Of a stretch of DNA of 64,000 nt, positions 1 through 12,701 are shown one piece after another. How positions within the stretch are numbered: the first letter of the stretch is position 1; each line of letters starts with the position of its first letter. Location of the stretch: contig NMRA01000159.1 in NCBI GenBank assembly GCA_002633005.1, forward strand, positions 512,473 to 576,472, read 5' to 3'. The notes under the pieces are model-generated. The model was given only the letters and a program-made list of their open reading frames with translations, ran no database searches and had not been told where the DNA came from. This stretch comes from Phoronis australis (Eukaryota; Animalia; Phoronida). Made by a program: the position numbers and the translations under genes.

Positions 1-879
1 GGCGACGCAATGGCGCCGAAAGCCGACCCGCAATTTTAGCAGCAGAATAACTGTAGAACGCCAATTTTCCAACACTGGTAAATAATTTAGTTTACTCAAG
101 AAAGATTAAATTTTTTTAATGAGGCACCATTAATTTTGGCGGCGACAGGCCCGATGAATTATATATGCGACAGAAGCCGGAGGGAGTGACATTAAGCCGA
201 CGGACTGACGTCATCAAGGCCAATACGAAACTGGCCACCCTTCCTCCGCGCCCGCGAAGAAAAGGCCCCCTCCAAAAAATAGAACACCTTGAATCCAAAT
301 AGGGGGCCGGTGCAATACCTGGGACCAAGACGGTGCCGAAACGGGCGAAACGAAGGTCTGTAGTGGAGCGGTGGAGACGGAGTTTGTGCAAGCGATGCAT
401 TTTTTGTCATAGATCAGTGACTGGCCTGCATGAGTGCCTTTATACAATGACACCAGTTTTTCACTCACTTCTCGGAATTGTTTTGAGTGATGCTGAATGG
501 ATGTCTGGCTATGACAATGAGGCCTATGTAGTCTTTGTTTGACCTAAAAAAGTTTATTGAACCTGAGATACATTTTCTCGTTACATATCAAACGACTGAC
601 TCTGGCATTTTAATCACGAATTTTGAGCCCGCAGACGTGTCTGCACGTACATGTAGTCACTGTCTTTTGAACCACAGGCGAGGTGATCTAATATTAATTA
701 CTCGTTGCAGGTTGTGCCTTTCATTGAATAAATACAGGCGATGAATAATTCACTAAGACCAGTTAAAACACCCTCTCTTTTTTAACTCTGTGTTTTGTGT
801 TCGTTGTATTATTTCAGGCCATTATGTTAAATGGCAGCAGTGCCAATAGATTCTGTATTGGAGGTGATATCATATCCTC

Positions 880-1420
880 TAAAGACACTGTCTGGGTGTC
901 ACTTTGGACAAACAGTTAAGTTTTGTACAGCACACCTGAGTTCTCTCGCGGAAGGCTCATGGCGGCGCAGCTTAGCGTCCTTCAAAGGCTGTTAGGACAG
1001 CTTGACCATGTGTCACGGATGGCTATTTTTAGATGCTTTGTCCTGTCACATTTTAGTAACTGTAACTTAGTGTGGCATTTCTGCGGCGCGACGAACACTG
1101 CAAAACTCGAGCGCCTTCAGTACAGGGCACTCAGGTTTGTGTATCAGGACTGGAATGCGAGCTACACCGAACTCCTCGCTAGAGCAGATCTCCCGACCCT
1201 TGAACTGTCTAGAAAGCGCGCGAACCTTCTGGAGGTGTACAAATCATATCATCACTTATCACCCCCTTTCATGTGGGACCTCTTTGAGGAAAAATGTCTC
1301 ATTATAATCTTCGCAATAAATCTGTGCTACGTGTGAAGCAATGTCGAACAGTGCGCCAAGGTTTTTAAACCTTTAAAAACTCTTTGTCAGTTTACGGCGC
1401 AAAACTTAGGAACTCTGTTC
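880..1420 (+). mobile_element. CR1/L2-group LINE, 3' ORF2 fragment
   Basis: AAQLSVLQRL...IFRCFVLSHFSNCNLVWHFCG...KLERLQYRALRFV...YKSYHHLSPPFMWDLF; same family as 23630-25230. Confidence 0.85.
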
Positions 1421-1558
1421 CCATCATGTGGATTATATACTTTTTATGAATTTTTACTTGTATTAAATTTTGGACAGAACCACCGTGCAGGGGCAATGTA
1501 TGCAGATTTTAAATCTGTTGTGTATGTGTGCGTATGCGTGTGTGGCATACTTTGATGA

Positions 1559-1847
1559 TGTAACGGAGCAAGTCTCCACTGAACATCAAAAATGTGTATT
1601 TCACCTCATCAGGCATACGTTCAGTTCAGTTACACATGATAACGATCGATTTCATGTAGGCAAAGGAAGGAAATACACTTCTCTTAAGCCTGTCGCTAAT
1701 GAAGTGCGTGACACATACAGTCGCGCCCGCATGCCCACGTAACAAAGGCGCACTGAGACGCAACAAAGACATAAGCATAAGAATAATCGAACATTTGCAC
1801 CTAAATAAGAATAACAATAAGCGTAAAGTTACGAACGTCCCGTCACA
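1559..1847 (-). mobile_element. solo LTR (Gypsy-type, 289 bp)
   Basis: TGTAAC...GTCACA termini, 4-bp TSD ATGA on both sides; closely similar in reverse orientation to 17823-18119. Confidence 0.9.
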
Positions 1848-1904
1848 ATGATATTTCGTGTTTTCTCATTTTATCATGTGTTTGGTTTTTCACTCGTTTT
1901 ATGT

Positions 1905-3830
1905 TATTACTTGGCGAAATAAATTTCGCCAAGTATGTTGCTCTGTCGTCAATTTTACTTGGCGAAATAAATTTCGCCAAGTATGTTGCTCTTCCACTTT
2001 GTTTTTCGTCCGATCATCACGAAATTTACACACAACACGTACTTCCGGAAGTACTGGAAGCCTATTGTTTTTCGTCAAAATCGGATCCAAGATGGCGGCT
2101 GTGGCGGCCATTGTGTTTCCATTTAAAGGTTCAAATGCTTCTGGAGGCTACAATTTTTTACGTAACCGGCTAAGAATCGGCACAGTAAATGGACCGGAAG
2201 TTTGCTACAACTATGCCGGAAATTGTTTACTTCCGGTTTAAGATGGCGGAAATATCGGCGCACCTCGATTTTGGCCTAAAAACGTTTTCTCCTGTAGAGG
2301 GCGCATTATAAGACCAATTCCTTCGAATTTTTACAGGTATTAGTTTCTTATGACATGCTATTATACAAAACCAAACAACCGGAAGTTGCTTTCAAGATGG
2401 CGGATATGGCGCATGTTGACCCATTTTCAGTCGTGCTGGAGTGCGATTTTAAACGGGAAGACAAAAAGACGTGATTTTTTGCATGTAGATTCTTTGAAGT
2501 ATAATCTTTCAAATGGCCTGTAACAATTTTTCTCTCAGACTTACCGTTTTCGAGTTATTTGACTTTGAATTTCTTTAAAAAAACGCAAAATTTCATTTTT
2601 TTTCGAAAAATTTACGGAATTAGGCGATACCATCAGTTTAGATAGAATTTTGAACGGGCTTTCAGAAGATGTTTTCCATTTTTCGCTAGGACGTCTACTT
2701 TTCGAGTTATTTGAGATTTTCTACTAACACTGTTCCTTTGTTGCGTGATCTTCCTGCATTGATGTTGGTTTATCTTCTATTGAACTAGACTGTAGCCTAT
2801 TTCTTAATGATTTATGACATCTAAATTCGTCATATGAATGTTATGATGTTCTTCATCATGGCCACCACCATCATCATATTCGTCATCTTCGTCATCATCT
2901 CCGACGTCGTCTTTTCTTCAGTTAATTTCGCCAAGTGTCGCTCAAGACTAGCCTTTTTCTTACTGATTTCGGACTTCAACGTTCGTCATGTGTATGTTAT
3001 TATTACTTCTTTTGTTCATCCTCGCCACCATCTTCGTCATATTCGTCATCTTCGTCATCATCTTTATCGTCATCTTTTTGATTAATTTCGCCAAGGTTCG
3101 CTCCTCGGAGCGCTTTCATTTTTGTTCGCACTCTACAGGTCGCAATTTTCCTCCGATTCTCACTAAATTTGCACACGACGTGTAGATTGGAAAGTCCTGG
3201 AAGCCTATTGTTTTTGGTCATGATCGGATTCAAAATGGCGGACGTGGCGGCCATTTTGTTTCGGATTTCAGAGTCAAATGCTCATAGAGACCGCATTTTT
3301 CGAGGTACAGGGCTGAAACATAGTACGATTATTATAGAACACATGTGCTACAACTGTGCCGAAAATCGTTGACTTCCGGTCAAGATGGCGGAACTATTGA
3401 CGATGGCGCATGCGCCCCTCGATATCTGGCCAAAAACGTTTTCTCCTGTAGAGGGCGCATTGGCGAACCAATCACTTTCAAACTGGTCACGTGTTTCTTG
3501 CTATTGATCAGCTTTTATAAATTTTGTTTAACTGGAAGTCACTTTCAAGATGGCGGCTCTGGCGCATTTTCACCCATTTTCACTCGTTCTGTTGTCGCCT
3601 TTTTAATGGGAAGAACAAATGACGTGAATTTTCGTATGTATTCCTTGAAGTATGCTCTTTCAAAAGTTCTGCGATAACGGTTTTCTCAGACTCACCGTTT
3701 TCGTGTTACTTGACTTTGAATTTCAAAAAAGCAAAATTTCAATTTTTTCGAAAACTTGATGGAGTGTTGCAAAACTATCAATTTAGATAGAGTTTTGGAC
3801 GGGCTTTCAGAAGATATTTTCCAGTCGGTG
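1905..3830 (+). mobile_element. Helentron/HINE-like non-autonomous element, two tandem ~700-bp core units
   Basis: Palindrome CTTGGCGAAAT-A-AATTTCGCCAAG (duplicated at 1910 and 1958); AATTTCGCCAAG recurs at ~2924 and ~3084 followed by hairpin-like sequence and T-runs; CATCTT/CGTCAT microsatellite; cores ~2010-2720 and ~3150-3825 are alignable. Confidence 0.6.
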
Positions 3831-5591
3831 ATATTAGCCTTTGGCTAGTGTTTGTCTATTTTGTCAAACTGATTATAAATAAAGAGAATTGATTTCAATT
3901 TGATTTTTATAAGTTGCAGTTGTTTTCTCATCAACCGAAATTCAGTGCCTGCTAACCCACTAACTGCAGTGAATCGTTTTTTTATCTCAGTTGAGTCAGA
4001 GGGTGACACCGTCGTGCCACAGTGCCCTCGAGACTTCCCCTTTGGTAACGGAAGTAAAACAATACCTGTCACAGTACTGCAGACTCGTTGTACTGCTTGT
4101 AAAGTTACAGGCGAACTTCTGTTCACATTAGCCCGTTATACATGTGCTACATACTCACCACAGGGTATTTACATAGATCATAGTATCCCAGAGCATATGT
4201 GTTGGAATATATGAACGCATTTACAAAATGTGGCTGTTAATAAATTGACTTCTGATAATGTTTCACATTTAATAATTTGCATTTTAGATTTCAAAATCAC
4301 AAAAATGTGAGTGCAGTCATTAAAACTAGCATCCTAAGTGACCCAAGAACAGAGATAGTGAGTAAAATGTATTTTATGGAATCAATTATTTTCCGATTTG
4401 TTATTCCATGAGGTTTCCAAATATGAGTTGTTCCCCCTCCAAAAAAAAACCAACAAAATTACACAACAAACCTGAATAGTTCATACTATTTTTAAATGTA
4501 TCATCTGGAAGTGCAATCGTTGACCCATAGCCATTACTACCCGAATTTGTTAAGTTCTGGTGCCTCCATTGCCGCGCCCCAGAACTTGCCAAAGACATTT
4601 TGGTGTAAAAGAGAATAAAATATGACTTTCAATATTTATTAGGAATTATTTAATTCCAGCTATCACGTTGCTCCTTTGTTTTAAGTTATTGACACAAACT
4701 CTACATATAGGTTTAAATAAAAAACATGTTAATTTTATCACAATATACTGCTTTTGATTGACTTCGTCAAATCCGCCAGCTAAGTCACCTGATTGGATTT
4801 TAAGACAGAAAGTCGCCATGAAGAACCAATCAAGTGTCTTAGACCGTTGAGACGGCAGAACTGAAGTGTTTCATGAGCAGCCAGTCTGAGTGATATTCGG
4901 CACTCGCCAGCTGCCCTGTCTACCTGTCATCATACAGTGTAGTTTAGGTCAGAGAGAAGGCCGATCATTTTTAACTACAAGGTTATACAAATTTAACACT
5001 CTACTGCATCAAAAGGCAGACCGGACGACTCACCCGACGTCTGAAAACAATTTCACACGTGAATGCTGATCAGAATCCCGATATGTCATTTTGTCGTCCA
5101 ACCCAAAGTCAGGCGGCAGTTCAACCTTCTTACTAGCCCTGGTACAAAACTGTATAGATTTCGACGCTGGTCATAACACAGCTAGTTGAAGCAGGTACCA
5201 TTCTTTCCTACATCTCAAGTACGTGATTATTTGCCTATTCAAGGTGATCGCGGTGAGTGTAAACATTCGTGTCAAAGTAAATGACTCGTCAGACGGCAGA
5301 CAGGACGCCTTCGTGAACGCTCGTTTTAAGCGTCCGGTCTGGCTTCTGAGCAGACGTCTGAGCGGGTGGAATTCAGTAGCTGCGTAATCTGGCAAAGTCT
5401 TGTTTTTCTAGCGAGGTCCCAGCATTACTGAACTAATCCTGCCTTCGCACAGAACCGGCACGTCTGACCGAGGTATAAGTCCGTCCACAAATACTGACGA
5501 CTGGACAGCCAGTGTTAAGAGACCAAAACCGTTTGTGCTGCTACACGCTAAATATCGTAATTCATTGCTAAGTTATATGGAAACACAACAT

Positions 5592-5774
5592 TTATAAATA
5601 AATCTTCGCTAACAACACCGTAAAGGCAACCGACATAGCAGACGACGTTGCTTGAGATGCCCGGTCGGTAAGGTCTTTGTTGCTGGTGTACACTGTGCGC
5701 TTTCCAATAGGCTGAGGAGGCCGGAAGTTGTTGATAAGATTTTCACCAAGACTGACTGCTCGGAATTTGTCAAG
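5592..5774 (-). CDS. alpha-carbonic anhydrase exon 6 (terminal; GPI-type tail)
   Basis: LDKFR...NNFRPPQPIGKRTVYTS, then a small-residue linker and hydrophobic end (ASQATSSAMSVAFTVLLAKIYL*); acceptor ttttgcag; the six exons sum to 894 nt = 297 aa plus stop. Confidence 0.93.
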   Translation of the reverse strand, partial: LDKFRAVSLGENLINNFRPPQPIGKRTVYTSNKDLTDRASQATSSAMSVAFTVLLAKIYL

Positions 5775-6266
5775 CTGCAAAAAATATTCGCATCTTAACT
5801 AGATTTAGAAATAGTGAGTATTTCATTTTGCATTAAAACAATTAGAACACTTGTGGAGACTGTTCTCCTGTGTTACCTGACTGGAGTATTGTGAAGAACA
5901 TTTGTCTTGAAAATGGTTTAGCGATAATAAAACCGAAACGTCGACTAATACAATGTCATAGTTTACCTATGCGCTGATTTTAAAATAGGTTTGTGTGATA
6001 CAAATAGTTTGAGTTGTAAATTTAACTGAAATGAACGTTTTTGCATAAATAAAGTCAAAATAATGATGAAAACGGGACGAAAAAAGAGGAAACTGAAAAC
6101 CAAATATAAGAGGAAATCGAAACCAAAATAAATGAACTCTTAAAAGTGGAAAATTCCAAGCCCTGAAATGGTAATATTTTCAGTCACAGGCGCTGTAAAA
6201 ACCGAAAGAGTAGAGATTTCTTAAACGTTCGTGTTCTTTTATGTAGGCGAGATGGTAGACCATTAC

Positions 6267-6430
6267 CTGCGCTTCGCTGAGCTCGATACTATTGGAGAAC
6301 AGGGTCCATGTGACCACCTCGGAACATGGCGGCGTTGTCAAGCTTCCCTGGTAACGGTAGTAGCTTGTCATCTTGGAGGTAGGCAACATCAGGTTACTCA
6401 TAGTGAAATTTTTTAGTGTTGTGCTGTTGC
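6267..6430 (-). CDS. alpha-carbonic anhydrase exon 5
   Basis: [22 protein letters not shown] (Thr199/Thr200 motif); acceptor tttatag, donor CAG|GTAATG; phase 1/0. Confidence 0.97.
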
Positions 6431-7123
6431 CTATAAACAACAAAAGTGGATAAAGCAAAATTGCCGACACTCTAAAAGAAAACGAGACCTGAAATTTTAC
6501 GTTTTCCTATTGGATAGAAGGTGTGGAGTGGTTTACACGTCCCTTCCAACCTCTTCTTGCGGTTAAGTCCCGGGGCTGGACGTCGCCTTTTCAACTCGTT
6601 CACAAAATTTGTAAGAGGACAATAAACCCAGCTGTTCCTCCAAAAACCAACATTTGATGTCGAAAAGCCATTTGATTCATTTTAGGAATGTTTAGCATGT
6701 CGTCATTTTGAGGTTTTGGACTCAGATTGACGGCGTGTCTGTTCGCTTGTTTAGTTATGACTTGTCATGACACTAGATAACGCACGATTTGGACCCGGAA
6801 GTAAGAATAGACATGCCGTCACACTGGGTCCAAAACGTCATAATGACGTCAAAACGACTTATCTACTGCCATGACGCGTCATTATTAAACATCCGATTAG
6901 CCAGGGAGCTGTTTCCTCTGTCAGACCAGGCCCGTTGTCAAGGAGGATTAGTTTCACTCCTCATGGTAGTGTGACCTCCGTGGAATATCCAGGCGACTTA
7001 TTGCTACTTTTAATCGATGTATAAGAAAGCGGTGTCGTTTCTAAGCAAGTACACCGGAGGAATAAAGAAACATTTTCTGATCTGCTTCTTCTCAACTGAT
7101 TTTGTTTGCTTAGAACCGCTTAC

Positions 7124-7283
7124 CGTTGGAAGAAATATTTGGGAAACGCTCGAGGAAACTGTCCCAAGCAGGGTTGGCATCGCCGACTTCTATGAAGAAA
7201 CCGAGCACCGCGAGGCCGTCTGGTCTACTCAAACATGTCGTCACGTTCGGATAGCACTCAGCATTCATGTGAACTATATGCAT
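7124..7283 (-). CDS. alpha-carbonic anhydrase exon 4
   Basis: [34 protein letters not shown]... (His119, DGLAVLG motif); acceptor tttttccag, donor G|GTAAG; phase 0/1. Confidence 0.96.
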
Positions 7284-7765
7284 CTGGAAAAATCAGTGAT
7301 TATGTGAACAAGTTTAAACCGTGTCTATATCCAAGGTGACTTTGCTTTCAAGTTTTTGTATTTTTGAAAATAATTTGGATCCTTTCATGCAACACTGACA
7401 ACTTAGGGACTAAAGCCACGTTTACATGATGTTTTCACCCGAGAGTATATTTTCACCCAATTGTATGTTTACTTACAGTATGTATTTTTGCCATATAATT
7501 GCAAATACACCCGGGTGTAAAGCTACATTACACCACCTCCAGGGGGCGTATATCTAAATTTACACACGTGCAAATGTTCAAGTAGCGCGAGTGATCGCGA
7601 TTTTAATTTACACGCAGGTGTAAAACCAAGATCAATCCGCCAAAAACACCATTACGAAATTATTTCTGCACGCCATTTCTTGTTAAAGCAACACCACTTC
7701 CTTTTAACGCTAATAAGATCCTCTGTCGTCATGTGCGGTTTGGTCCGGTCTTTTCTTGACATGTA

Positions 7766-7838
<73 letters not shown>
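7766..7838. repeat. (CTG)24 microsatellite in CA intron 3
   Basis: Perfect trinucleotide run. Confidence 0.98.
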
Positions 7839-7839
<1 letters not shown>

Positions 7840-7986
7840 GTGAAAATTTTTCATCATAACAAATCAGCTGTTAGGTTCGGTTTGCAAGTTTGTTGTTCAC
7901 TTTAATTGAACGCTGAATTTACAAAAGCCAGCCCGTTATGAACGCGACCCTGCCATGTTATGTATACATAAAAATGACATCAATAT

Positions 7987-8150
7987 CAGTGGCTGATTAA
8001 GGGGCTAGGGGTGGGAAAAGGGGCCATGTCATAATAAAATTCTCCCTGATTCTATTTGGCAGTTCGGGGTGCGAATGTTTGACGTGCAAAATCCTGGCTA
8101 ATACTCTGCCCTGTCACCTCCCCCTTAGTCAAATATTGGATCCGCCCCTG
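7987..8150. mobile_element. short MITE with CAGGGGCGGAT-type TIRs (hAT5-like)
   Basis: Ends CAGTGGCTGATT / GGATCCGCCCCTG; internal ATCCTGGCTAATACTCTGCCCTG shared (inverted) with 42703-42856; flanks AATAT/AGTAT. Confidence 0.65.
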
Positions 8151-8360
8151 AGTATCGATAACCACGCGACCATTGATCTGCGACTTCCATCGACACCACT
8201 AATAGACCGACGAAAAATAAATACACAGCATTGATTCCACAAACGGCCGCGTCTCCCCTTGCGTCTACGGAACTACATGCTCACTTGATGATGTTTTTGG
8301 TAATAATGACAATAGAAAAAGTAATAGTATTAGTAAAAATTAATTGTTTTGGTTTAAATT

Positions 8361-8463
8361 ATAATAATAATAACAATAACAACAATAACAATAATAAACA
8401 TAACAACAATGATAATGACAACAATAACTATAACGATAACAACAAGAACAATGAAAATAATAA
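8361..8463. repeat. (AAT/AAC)n compound microsatellite
   Basis: Direct reading. Confidence 0.95.
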
Positions 8464-8744
8464 GAGTTATAAAGCCAAGCGTCGTCAAGTTTTAGCCGGC
8501 GTAAACGTACCTGTAATTGCGGCTATTTTCAGTTTTTATCAAGTTTAAAGTCGCTTTAACCATTGAGACTTCAATACACCCAAGAAAACGTATATAACGG
8601 CAGACTTCGAGAAATATCGCTGTGCATTCTAAGCTAAACACGTGATCGCATTAGCTTCCTTACACGAGACTCCAGTGTCTACGGAACTCCTCACCCCCCC
8701 CCTCTCAGTGCCGAGTAACATCCTCTCTAAGTGTAAAGTCTCAC

Positions 8745-8890
8745 CTCCTTAGGATAGGCTTTGCCCGCCACCGTGTGCTCCGAGCCCTTGCTGCTGTCTG
8801 TGCCCCAATGGAAATGGAATTGGACAGCCTCCCAGCTTCCCGCCACACCAGGTAAGGTCATGGTCATTCCCTGGTTCAGAGTAACAACCA
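8745..8890 (-). CDS. alpha-carbonic anhydrase exon 3
   Basis: ...[30 protein letters not shown] (Zn ligands His94/His96, GSEH); acceptor tttttcag, donor GAG|GTGAG; phase 1/0. The ORF track shows a different frame here. Confidence 0.97.
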
Positions 8891-9229
8891 CTGAAAAAGA
8901 GAGCATGCGAGTCTATTCTAACAAGGCTTGGCAATAAGAAACTTGTCGGAATCGAGCTAATCTTCTTAATGGAATTCAGTACACTGCGTAATTGGCATAC
9001 TTGATCTTGAAATGTTTGTTTTCAAACGCGATCAAACTTGTAGCTTGCTGATTTGTTGGTGTCTTTGACTAACCACTATTCAGTCTGGGGTAACCTCCAG
9101 CCGTAACAGTTTTATGTGCCACTGGATCAAGGTTTCCTCAGCCGAGAGAGTGTGATTGCCCCAGTGCAACGGCTTTACCACATTAAAAACATCACGCACA
9201 GGTTTGTTGTGTGATTCATCATTTCCGAT

Positions 9230-9574
9230 CTGACTGGGAGAAGGAAGCAAGGACGCCCTCGCCTTCGCTACAAAGACACCGTCAAAGCCAACCTGAAGTG
9301 GTGCAACATCAAACCCAAGGAGCTGAAAGCTGTTGCAGGAGAGAGACCAAAGTGGCGAGCCACGATTCGAAAAGCAACTGCCAGTTTTGAGGATGACCGC
9401 TGTAAGAGACTCGAAGCTGCTCGAGAGAAACCCCACTCAGCACGACGGAGTTCCAATGCCCCACCTGTTCTCGACTCTGCGCGTCAAGACTGGGACTGCA
9501 GAGCCATCTTCGTGTACATAGACGATGAGACACACAACCTACGTCATCTTCGGATCCGAAGGACTACCAACAAC
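9230..9574 (+). mobile_element. RTE-clade LINE, 3' end (5'-truncated)
   Basis: GRRKQGRPRLRYKDTVKANLK...KWRATIR, then frameshifted CPTCSRLCASRLGLQSHLRVH (C2H2 finger typical of RTE ORF ends); short CAA-rich tail. Confidence 0.88.
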
Positions 9575-11972
9575 CAGTCTGGACAAGCAAACTTTTATAC
9601 ACTTTTGTTTGGCTATGTTTGGTAGAATTTTTCGCTATTTTGCAAATTGGGTGTGAGTTTTATTCATATGATTTATGTTTAATTTGTCTTTTTGCATTTA
9701 CTTTCTATGATTGCCCAACCATCCCATCGCAGGCACTATGCCGTTTTTAGAGCTGTCTTGAACGTGTGTCGGGTCTGCCTCGCGACATTCTCGATTATCC
9801 TATACCAAAGATTTTATCTTTGCCAATACATATGTCACGGGTTCGGGGTAAGGAGAAAGACCACGCCGGAATGCACTTAGTTGTTTATTTTTGGTGGTGC
9901 ACCACCACCTAAAATGACTGCCGCAGGGAGTGACAGCTGACTCGTGCATTATGGGTACTTACTCAACTGCCGCCTATGTAATGAGATTTTCCCGGAAACC
10001 CGCCAGCTTTTTTATATTGATAGTAAAACGAGACTGTTTACATTTTGGTGATGTCTTTCGACTAACAAAACTCGCCCTGTGTTTTAAAATAGTTAACGTA
10101 AATGTGTCTTCAAAAGATATCCCAGTTTGACTAGTTTCGGAACATCATATCTGGGAAATGGCTGATTAGATTCGAAGGAAACTTTCAGATATTATATTTC
10201 ATGCACTGTCCTTCAAAGTCTGTTAGGAGGAATTGTTTTTAAAATGTTTCACTTTTGCATGACAGGCTATCAAATATAGGACTTTCATGGTTTTTAGGAA
10301 AAATTCAAAAGTTGCATGAAACGATGTGATAATTTAGAAAACTAATACCGTTTTTGCGATTTTGTCTTTGACATTAATATTAAACGAAATTTGGTCATGT
10401 TATTGATTTCGTTGTATGGCTATAAATTTGCCTTTCTTTTGCTTGATTTTATTTCAAAAGACGTAGTCGTAAGTCAAAAAATCAAATTCTACAGAGTTTC
10501 TACTTCCAGAAAACATATTCTTTTACCGAGTTAAATTATGTAGTTTTGTACACATTTGGCTATATATACATATTTCTCGATAAAGCCCTACTTCACTTTA
10601 GCGCTCGAAATATTTTCGCTCGTCGTTTTACGCTCGTCGTTTTACAAGCGTGACAAACAAGCGTAAATTACAAAGTTAACGTACTGTAATGGACGTACAA
10701 TATTTTCAAAGTTCAGATGACCAGCAACCTAGTCTCTCCCTGGACATAACGATTACTCTCCTAAAACACGGGCTTGAAGTGCCTTTACGTCCGTAATTTA
10801 CGGGCGGCCCTTTCCCCATGGCCAACCACCAACGGTACTCGCCAATTCATAATGAATGCAGAATTTCAGATTCGGATTACGCTTATCGTTCACGTGAAAC
10901 AGATATAACCAACTTAAATTAAACAGAAAACAAAAAGTCGCCGTCAGATGACGGACCTGCAAGGTGGTTCACGGTAAAGTCTTCGTGGTGCAAAATTCGC
11001 AGCAACAACGCAATTTCATGCACCTGATATGTTCAAATTGATTATTATTTGTCAAATGTCCGCCGACATTTTCCTACACCTGCTTTTTAACTATTGACAT
11101 TGCTGCACCTAGATTCAAATTTCGACAATATTCCTCAGGCATATTCCTAAATCAACATTTCCCGTGATCTATTCGCATTTTTAGCGCATGTCACCCTTTC
11201 ATCCATTGTTACGGCTTAGAAACATCAAGTCTCGAGTCTTCAGCTTTCATTGGCTAAACAATGAATCGTACAGTTTCTCGGCCGTCAGACACGACCCTGT
11301 TGCTGTCTTTGCTGCCACGTGAGAATGTCCTTTTTCCTCCTTGGTCGGGTTGTGTACGACTCAACAATTCCAGTATGGCGACATTTTTCGACAAGAAGAT
11401 TACATCCGATTGTTAACTGCCTCATAGATTGTAAACATACGAGATATGATTTGTTTGGTTACATGCCTTTAATGATAAAAATCGTGAAATTTAGCCGAAC
11501 CACGCTGCAGCTTGATCGTTTGACTTCAATTGCGTTTTCACCGTTCGTGATTTCGACATGGCCTGTTCCTATCAATGCAGTTTTTTATTATTTCTTTGAC
11601 ATCGGTTTACCGATTTCCAAGATTTTGTCTTAGTCTATGATCGCGTACCAGGAGTGATTTATCGACTCTTTAAAGTAATACCCGATTCACATGCTTGTTA
11701 AAACGTAAGCGTTTTGCTAGCTTTTTCGCTGGCAGCAAAAGCACCAGTAACGTGAACTATAGCAAGGGTCACTTAACTGGCGATTCGCTGAAGGTTTGAG
11801 TTATCCCAAAACTACTGGCGTTTTCGCTAGCATTTTATAGTCAAACCTTTTACTTCAAAGAACACGCATGCGCTGGGATAAGAAGCCTTTGTTCTATCGT
11901 CACATGATTGAAATTCAATCATTGAATGTATGGCAAAGAGTGAACGTGTTGTGACATTAATTTTCCTTTTAA

Positions 11973-12701
11973 AAGGACACTAAACCCGGTTTTGGCCTAT
12001 TGAAAGACTTTCCCATCCAGTTCTCTGAAACAAAATAATGCTCTGTAACCTTCGACAACCCTCAAAACTTTGGAAGACAGGTTGCAAACTCCTTTCAAAT
12101 TCTGCTAAATGGGAAAGCGATTTAGCGAATTATGGGGCAACCGTGGGAAAAGACCACCCACCAAGGAACATAATATCTAAGTATTTGTGAGATAGGCAGT
12201 ATGAGTTTTTAGTTGACCCCTTTATTTATTTTCTTGGATTGACGCCAATGATGCATTAGCAAGTGATCAGGAAAATTGAGTGAAAATCATCAAACCAGGG
12301 CCCGGTCTCCAATCTTTTTACTCGAAATGGAACTCGAAATTAGGATTTACTTTTGGGCGAACTCAATATAAGTGTCTACTATTCTATGCTCGAGTACACA
12401 ATAACTTACGTAGATAATTTATTGCCCTTAGTTCACAGTTTGTAAACCCAATATTAAAGCAATAAGTTCGAGTTTGAACTCGAAATTTCGAGTTTTTACT
12501 CGAGTTTGTAGCACGAATATAAGGGTCTTCAAGGGCAAACTTGAACTAGAAACTCCTATGCATAAACTATTATGTATTCGAGCACCTTCTGATAACCAAT
12601 TATCTAAGTTCGCACAAAAGGAGCAGAGAAATTGCCAAAAATAGTTTCGAGTTCGTTTCGAGTACAAAGATTAGAGACCGGGCCCAGTCTTTAGCATCCT
12701 T
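11973..12701. mobile_element. Kolobok-type MITE hosting a Harbinger MITE
   Basis: TTAA TSDs (11969-72, 12702-05); TIR AAGGACACTAAA / TTTAGCATCCTT. Confidence 0.7.
12299..12684. mobile_element. PIF/Harbinger MITE
   Basis: TIR GGCCCGGTCTCCAATCTTT / AAAGATTAGAGACCGGGCC, 3-bp TSD CAG. Confidence 0.85.

Noticed and set aside
1905-1990. CRISPR-like palindromic repeats (also the 31170-31480 and 34790-35040 arrays)
   Set aside because: Eukaryotic context, no unique regular spacers, no cas genes; better explained as TE termini or subterminal repeats.
7766-8548. PolyQ/polyA or polyN coding tracts
   Set aside because: Intronic microsatellites with no splice or homology support.
9080-9436. ORF containing LHWG as an alternative CA catalytic exon
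   Set aside because: Lacks HxH and GSEH and is mostly the antisense of an RTE fragment; the true exon is 8745-8890.
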